A DNA stretch of 20,000 nucleotides, from the IMG/VR virus record IMGVR_UViG_3300017642_000077; one strand, given 5' to 3'. Below are positions 14,898 through 20,000 of this stretch, one piece after another; within the stretch, counting starts at the first letter, position 1, and each line of letters starts with the position of its first letter. Below the pieces are notes generated by a model. The model worked only from the letters and a program-made list of their open reading frames with translations, was not told where the DNA came from and did not search any database. The DNA is from an uncultured virus (IMG/VR IMGVR_UViG_3300017642_000077). Its lineage: Duplodnaviria > Heunggongvirae > Uroviricota > Caudoviricetes. The position numbers were made by a program, and so were the translations under genes.

Positions 14898-15058
14898 AAG
14901 CTTTTTGGCTAATACTCGACTTACTCTCCCTGGTTATCCTCCCCATTTCGGCGTTCATGATTGGCGCAAACAACTTCGATTACCTGTTTCCATTGTCGGC
15001 GTCGTTGGTGGGGCTGATGTGGTCTCTGTTTAAGTTGCACAGGAGATCGGCGTTATGA
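14894..15058 (+). CDS. Small two-TM membrane protein (54 aa)
   Basis: ATGA coupling; two hydrophobic stretches. Confidence 0.6.
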   Translation: MKAFWLILDLLSLVILPISAFMIGANNFDYLFPLSASLVGLMWSLFKLHRRSAL

Positions 15059-15282
15059 CCGCCCGAGAAGCGATCTACAAGACGGCGTTGGAGCATATCA
15101 GAGACGGGCACGACATGGTTTGCCCAGTTTGTGGTTGGATGGGTTGCAATGCCGATCTTGAGGGCAGTCCTGAAGTTTTTTCACTGATGAGGGTTTGTCC
15201 TGCGTGTGGGGACAGGCCCATCAAAGGATACCGTCACCTGGCCGCCTACGCCCTGGCTCAGGCCGAGAAGGGGGAGGGATGA
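15055..15282 (+). CDS. Zinc-ribbon hypothetical protein
   Basis: CPVC...CPAC motifs; coupled on both sides. Confidence 0.65.
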   Translation: MTAREAIYKTALEHIRDGHDMVCPVCGWMGCNADLEGSPEVFSLMRVCPACGDRPIKGYRHLAAYALAQAEKGEG

Positions 15283-15536
15283 GCATAACCATAAAGATGG
15301 ATCGGCGAGCGAGGGAATATCTTGATCCTCTGGCTGTGTCCGTGTGGCATTTGGACGGTATGGACACGGCCGTTACCCACGCTGATGGGAAACGCTGCAT
15401 CGTCAACACCGACCGCGTGGCTGAAGCCCTTAAGGGCGGTCTGGAAAACGCTTTCGAATACGTCATGGGTGATGGCTGGAAGTTGTTGTCCTACAATTTC
15501 AACACAGGTGTGGCGACTGTGGAGCAAAAGTCATGA
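15279..15536 (+). CDS. Hypothetical protein
   Basis: GGAGG RBS and ATGA coupling. Confidence 0.65.
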   Translation: MSITIKMDRRAREYLDPLAVSVWHLDGMDTAVTHADGKRCIVNTDRVAEALKGGLENAFEYVMGDGWKLLSYNFNTGVATVEQKS

Positions 15537-16276
15537 CCACCCGCTCCCTCATCCTCCACCCCCACGAGGTCCGCGCCGCGCTCGATGGCCGGCTGCGGCT
15601 GATTGTGCGGCCGGTGAAGCCGCAGCCGGAATACCAGGACGCGACAGGCCGGTGGACATTTTGCGTGTCGTCAACGGACAAAAACAGCCGCGACAAGTGG
15701 AGCTACTGCGTCATTGACGACAACGGCCACCACTACACCGAGCGCGGCCGGGAACGATGCGTATTGTCACTGCGCGATCCGTTCGGCGTCCCTGGTGATC
15801 GGCTGATCGGGAAAGAGGCCTACTACATCCAAAACACCCACGGACAGCATCGCACCGATGGCCTTCGCTGGGGGTCGTGGTCCGGCCTGCCGATGACCAT
15901 CTCACCTGATGGCAAGCGCATCGTCTACTACAAGGAGGGGTTCGACCGTTGCGCCCCCATGTGGCGCTCCCCCGCCACCATGCCGGCATGGGCCAGCCGG
16001 ATAACGCTGGAGGTGATCGGGGTGCGGTGCGTTCGAACCAAGGATCTCACCGAGGACGACGTGCGTGCCTGCGGTTCCTTTCTCGGCCGCTGTTCCTGCT
16101 CCGAGATGAACCGCAAGCCACGGACTGCCATTGAATCGAAGTTCCGGCAGACGTGGTGCCATATCCACGGTGAAGAGTTTCGGTCGTTTTGGAACGCCAA
16201 ATACGCCAAGCGCGGCCTCGGCTGGGAAATCAATCCCTGGGCGTGGGCTGTGGAAGTGAGGAGGGTGGAGGGATGA
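15533..16276 (+). CDS. ASCH/PUA-like phage protein
   Basis: EVRAALDGR...RPVKPQP; PFGVPGDRL..KE; WRSPATMPAWASRITLEV; W..NPWAWAVE. Confidence 0.75.
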   Translation: MTTRSLILHPHEVRAALDGRLRLIVRPVKPQPEYQDATGRWTFCVSSTDKNSRDKWSYCVIDDNGHHYTERGRERCVLSLRDPFGVPGDRLIGKEAYYIQNTHGQHRTDGLRWGSWSGLPMTISPDGKRIVYYKEGFDRCAPMWRSPATMPAWASRITLEVIGVRCVRTKDLTEDDVRACGSFLGRCSCSEMNRKPRTAIESKFRQTWCHIHGEEFRSFWNAKYAKRGLGWEINPWAWAVEVRRVEG

Positions 16277-16644
16277 GCAAATACACCAGCAATGCGGAAT
16301 GGCCGGACACCGTTCGTCTTGGTTGCACGCCTAATGTCTCCACGGACACGCACGATTCCAAGGAGTTTGCCGAAGCTGTTTGTCGTCGTCTTGGTCGCGA
16401 AGGCTTTGGCGGCGAAAGGAAGATTTTCCCTATCCGCGTTTGGGTTGAAGAAATCCCGAGCGAAGAACCAGAACCCCGCCTCGGCAGAGCCTTGACGAAC
16501 TTGGCCATCATGGGCGCGGCTGTCGGTGTGAACGTCTCCGCACTCCTTGAGCACGCAATCGGCAAGGTGAAAGTTCCAAAGGCTATGGGGCCTGGGGCTG
16601 GCACAAACAGGATGCGCCGTCGCGCACAAGGGAAGGCTTGGTAG
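16273..16644 (+). CDS. Hypothetical protein
   Basis: GGAGG RBS; STDTHDS..AEAVCRRL.REGFGGERKIFPIRVWVE. Confidence 0.7.
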   Translation: MSKYTSNAEWPDTVRLGCTPNVSTDTHDSKEFAEAVCRRLGREGFGGERKIFPIRVWVEEIPSEEPEPRLGRALTNLAIMGAAVGVNVSALLEHAIGKVKVPKAMGPGAGTNRMRRRAQGKAW

Positions 16645-16646
16645 CC

Positions 16647-17198
16647 ATGACCACCCCCCGCCACGACCCCCGCGTTCTGGCCGCCATCGCGCGCGGCACC
16701 GTGCAAATCAAGCTTATCTGCGTCGAGGTCGCCCTGATGCAACTTGAACAGGTCTTTTCCCACGAGCCCCAAGCCGTCGCCCACTTCGCCAAAATACGCC
16801 GCTGGCTGATGGCCTGTTGGGAGACGACAGGAGCCCCACCGCAGCGTCTCATTGACGGCGAGTGGCGGCCCGTAAGCCGGGGTAAGCCGTTGTCCTCCGC
16901 CGTTCAGCGCCGGGCCGACACCGAGTCAGCCGCCGTGGATGAGGCTCGCCGGTCAGTCATCGGCAAATGTGCCACTGTGGACACCTGGGCCTCCTGGTTG
17001 GTCGCTTTGGACGCACTTATCCATGATGTCGTCTGCACGTGGCGGCCGGACGGGCGTCGGGCCTGCTGGCGCTATCTCGGACAGACATGGGAGACGCTGG
17101 CGCGGCAGTTTTTGGGCCAGTGCGAAGACGCGGGGAAGGCTGAAGAGGACGGGACGGCGATTTACGAACGGGTGATGGAAAGGACGGGATGGGTATGA
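16647..17198 (+). CDS. Hypothetical protein
   Basis: 183-aa ORF in the operon chain, predicted helical. Confidence 0.7.
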   Translation: MTTPRHDPRVLAAIARGTVQIKLICVEVALMQLEQVFSHEPQAVAHFAKIRRWLMACWETTGAPPQRLIDGEWRPVSRGKPLSSAVQRRADTESAAVDEARRSVIGKCATVDTWASWLVALDALIHDVVCTWRPDGRRACWRYLGQTWETLARQFLGQCEDAGKAEEDGTAIYERVMERTGWV

Positions 17199-17380
17199 GC
17201 GACTTTACCGAGAAAGTGCGGGCGATGGTTGAAGCGGCGTATCGTGAAGGCCACGAAGATGGATATCGCGACGGGACAGATGCCAATCTTAACGATGAAA
17301 CCATGTCGGCCGTTGATCGTGACTGGAAAAGGAGTGATGCTCTTTCTCTCCTCGACGCCGCCGATGCGGAGGAGAAATAG
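17195..17380 (+). CDS. Hypothetical protein
   Basis: ATGA coupling; AYREGHEDGYRDG motif. Confidence 0.6.
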   Translation: MSDFTEKVRAMVEAAYREGHEDGYRDGTDANLNDETMSAVDRDWKRSDALSLLDAADAEEK

Positions 17381-17382
17381 CC

Positions 17383-17766
17383 ATGATCGACACGAACGAT
17401 ATCCGCCAACGCATGACTGAATGCGACGTCAGCGAGGAAGACATCCTCGACCTCTGCAACGAACTCGACGCCGCACGTGCCGAGATCGAACGGTTGGCCG
17501 GGAAGCCGAAAGCGCAGACTGACCAAGATTATTTTGTTGTTGCCCTGCAACTTATATCAAACAACGGGGATCGACAGGAATCAACAATAAAACTTAAAGC
17601 GTGCAATGCATCAAGTCTCAATGAAGCCCTTGGCGCATCCGTAAAAGAATATGCATACGGAAATTATCATCTTGGAGCATGGAGAGCGGCGCACATTTCT
17701 GCTCTCACCGCCGACCTGCCCATCCCCGAGGAAACGACGGTCGAGGCGGAGGTGGAGAATGCTTGA
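17383..17766 (+). CDS. Hypothetical protein
   Basis: GGAGGAG RBS; 127 aa. Confidence 0.7.
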   Translation: MIDTNDIRQRMTECDVSEEDILDLCNELDAARAEIERLAGKPKAQTDQDYFVVALQLISNNGDRQESTIKLKACNASSLNEALGASVKEYAYGNYHLGAWRAAHISALTADLPIPEETTVEAEVENA

Positions 17767-17857
17767 CAAGAATAACAGGGCCAGATGCGAGAATGCGAGG
17801 TCTGTGGCGGTCCATGCGCAGCCTACGCGCTCGTGAGATTGTACCGGAAGGCCCGTC

Positions 17858-18226
17858 ATGTCGGATGAAGTGAAGCTGGAGCCTTGCCCGTTTTGTGGAT
17901 CGAAAGCGATACTCCGTGATTTTACTGATTTCGTGACTGTTTCCTGTCGAAAATGTGCAATGTCTGGACCATGCGACCCAACAAAACAAGGCGCCATCTC
18001 CGCCTGGAACGCATTACCCAGGGACCAGAAGTGGACCACCTACGACGGGAAGGAAGAGACGTTGCCGCCGTCCAATTCCGAAATTCTATTCTGCTTTGCT
18101 CGTGGTCCGGTGAAAAAGAAGTCTTACGCGAAGACCTATGAGGACAGGGAAGTCATCGTCCTGTCTATGTGGGACACAACCATAAAGACCGGAGATCGCT
18201 GGCTGCTCTGGCCGGAGGATAAATAA
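17858..18226 (+). CDS. Lar (restriction alleviation) family-like zinc protein with C-terminal extension
   Basis: KLEPCPFCGSKA...VSCRKC...AISAWN signature. Confidence 0.75.
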   Translation: MSDEVKLEPCPFCGSKAILRDFTDFVTVSCRKCAMSGPCDPTKQGAISAWNALPRDQKWTTYDGKEETLPPSNSEILFCFARGPVKKKSYAKTYEDREVIVLSMWDTTIKTGDRWLLWPEDK

Positions 18227-18228
18227 GC

Positions 18229-18420
18229 ATGAATTTACCAGTTAATTGGCCCAAGGTCATGAGCGAGATGGAGGCGGAGAAGAATGCCGAGATACAGCGT
18301 CTCCGCGCCGCTCTCGCTCCCATCCTCGCCCACGCTGATGCACCAGATACGGCGCCACCGCTTAGAATTAGCGTGAGAATGGCCAGGAAGATGAAGGAGA
18401 AGATTAATGCCACGATGTGA
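18229..18420 (+). CDS. Hypothetical protein
   Basis: GGAGG RBS; 63 aa. Confidence 0.6.
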   Translation: MNLPVNWPKVMSEMEAEKNAEIQRLRAALAPILAHADAPDTAPPLRISVRMARKMKEKINATM

Positions 18421-18652
18421 TGATTGTGGAAAGGAAGTTGTCTTATCTTGTGCTGAAGAACGTTCAAACCACTATCGTTGTTTTGAATGCTACCTTAAAT
18501 ATGAAGCAAGATGCCAATATATGCACAATCCAACGGTTAAGGCTTTGGTTGATGCCTTACGTCTGTGCGCTCCATACGCCAATCAGGCAGGAAAAAATGC
18601 GGCCAGACGCGCCCTTAAAAATTTCGGAGGACTTAATGCCAGCATATCGTGA
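18407..18652 (+). CDS. Small Zn-finger hypothetical protein
   Basis: AAGGAG RBS; CDDC..CFEC motifs. Confidence 0.6.
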   Translation: MPRCDDCGKEVVLSCAEERSNHYRCFECYLKYEARCQYMHNPTVKALVDALRLCAPYANQAGKNAARRALKNFGGLNASIS

Positions 18653-18812
18653 CATCACCCATTGTTCCGGCCACAACGCCCCCATCTGCGAACACTGCTG
18701 GCGCCGGACCTGCCCTGTGCCGGATGGTGAAGAGGTCAGTAACGGCGACTGGACGCCAAACACCAAGGGCCGTGGATGGTGCGAGGGGTTTATGGAGGAA
18801 CCGAAAATATGA
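18636..18812 (+). CDS. Small Cys-rich phage protein
   Basis: GGAGG RBS; DITHC...CEHCWRR...WCEGF. Confidence 0.65.
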   Translation: MPAYRDITHCSGHNAPICEHCWRRTCPVPDGEEVSNGDWTPNTKGRGWCEGFMEEPKI

Positions 18813-19156
18813 CAGATTTTGGCCGCCACCTGTCCGCCTATGAGGTCGCGGAACGGTTTGGCAAAAGCCTTGGCTGGGTGTACCGGCACAAGAACGCGCT
18901 GGGCGGTTTCCAGTCCGTCACCGGTGGGGCCGTCGTGTTCTTTGAAAATGTCATCAAGGAGAAGATCAGCCATGCCCTATCGCCAGAAAAACGGGACGTA
19001 CCGGGCGAGCAGGATGATAGCCGGCCAGAGGAAGCAAGCTGTGTTCAAGACCTTGGGCGAGGCAAAAAGGTGGGAGGCCGGGCAAAGCGCCGAGGCGTGG
19101 GAGCAAGCAGAGAAGCCGATCGTCACGGTGTTCTCGCTCGTGCAGGCCTATCTTGA
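18809..19156 (+). CDS. xis: Excisionase-like HTH protein
   Basis: LSAYEVAERFGKSLGWVYRH MerR/Xis-like HTH; directly upstream of and overlapping int. Confidence 0.65.
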   Translation: MTDFGRHLSAYEVAERFGKSLGWVYRHKNALGGFQSVTGGAVVFFENVIKEKISHALSPEKRDVPGEQDDSRPEEASCVQDLGRGKKVGGRAKRRGVGASREADRHGVLARAGLS

Positions 19157-20000
19157 TTTTGCCAAGGAACGATTCGGCCACAAGACATACGCCGAAAAAT
19201 CCCTGGCCACGGTCACGCTTCTGAAATTCGTTTCACCCAATACAAATGTGGAGAGCATCCAGCCAAAGGCGATCCTCGACGCGTTGAGAAATCGGGCCTT
19301 ATCCAGCGGAAACGCGGCCAACAAGGACCGCAAGAACCTCGTCGCCATGTGGAACTGGGGTATCAAGTATCTTGCATTGCCTCGGGATAACCCGTTCCAG
19401 GCCGTGGACCGGTTCGCCGCTGACAAGCACCCACGCTACGTTCCGAGCGAAGAGGACTTCTGGAAGGCCTATGACGCAGCCAGTGAGGACGACCAAGCCT
19501 TCCTGTTGACCGCGTTACACACAGCAGCCCGGCGCGGGGAGCTTTTCCGCCTGACGTGGCCCGACGTGGACTTAAAGTCCGGGACGATCCGGCTCGGCAC
19601 CAGGAAGACCGCCACGGGAGGGATGGAATACGCCACGCTGCCCATGACCTCGAAGCTCGCTGCGTCATTGTCCGCGCTGCGCTCCCGGGGTCCGCGCTCC
19701 ATGTTCGTGTTCTGCCAGGAGGACGGGGAGGCTTTCTCGTACCGGATTCACTACATGGAGCGGCTGTGCAAGCGGGCGAAGGTGCGGAAGTTTGGATTTC
19801 ACGCCATCCGCCACCTGTCGGCCTCGATCCTGGCGCGGGAGAAGGTGGACCTTCCGACGATCCAGGCTGTCTTGCGCCATAAGAGTCCGACCACGACGGC
19901 TCGGTATCTACACTCCCTGGGCATTGTCGAGAACGTGCTCGAAGGCGTGTTCGTCGAAAAACAAAAGGCCCCCGAGAAGATCACTCCCGAGAGCCTTTAA
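18972..20000 (+). CDS. int: Tyrosine recombinase / phage integrase
   Basis: AAGGAG RBS; catalytic-type residues R (TAARRGE), K (TRKT), HxxR (FHAIRH), H (LRHK) and Y (TARYLH). Confidence 0.95.
   Translation: MPYRQKNGTYRASRMIAGQRKQAVFKTLGEAKRWEAGQSAEAWEQAEKPIVTVFSLVQAYLDFAKERFGHKTYAEKSLATVTLLKFVSPNTNVESIQPKAILDALRNRALSSGNAANKDRKNLVAMWNWGIKYLALPRDNPFQAVDRFAADKHPRYVPSEEDFWKAYDAASEDDQAFLLTALHTAARRGELFRLTWPDVDLKSGTIRLGTRKTATGGMEYATLPMTSKLAASLSALRSRGPRSMFVFCQEDGEAFSYRIHYMERLCKRAKVRKFGFHAIRHLSASILAREKVDLPTIQAVLRHKSPTTTARYLHSLGIVENVLEGVFVEKQKAPEKITPESL

Larger units (their letters stand above)
1..20000. mobile_element. Temperate phage/prophage immunity + early region
   Basis: cII-cro / cI-rex-position genes-PL-recombination-accessory-xis-int order, as in lambdoid phages. 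Confidence 0.93.

Noticed and set aside
8543..17550. Long minus-strand ORFs (e.g. 8543-9334, 9592-10152, 11373-12167, 15928-16629)
   Set aside because: Antisense shadows of well-supported, coupled + strand genes in GC-rich DNA.

Overview
Immunity and early region of a temperate, lambdoid-organised (pro)phage. The GC-rich sequence looks Desulfovibrio-like, but the host is my inference. The minus strand at 1-2096 carries cro, small ORFs and a CII-like regulator. The plus strand carries a cI-type repressor (HTH + S24 peptidase), two genes in the 'rex' position (an AT-rich hypothetical and a nucleoside 2-deoxyribosyltransferase-family gene), and an operator-overlapped PL-like promoter at about 4540-4570. 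The long early operon that follows has an HNH-type endonuclease, an 18 x 27-bp repeat protein and a ~1.15 kb largely non-coding, highly structured RNA island. That island holds one canonical tRNA-Pro(TGG), two tRNA-like RNAs, two long multibranch RNAs and micro-ORFs, and is followed by an Arg-rich N-like peptide. Downstream are RecE/RecT-like recombination genes, about 25 small coupled accessory genes (including ASCH-like and Lar-like), and xis-like plus tyrosine integrase genes at the right edge. The most interesting signals are the RNA island with tRNA mimics, a possible minimal peptide/boxA antitermination system, and the candidate defence pair between cI and PL. Family assignments come from motif recognition by eye, not database searches.
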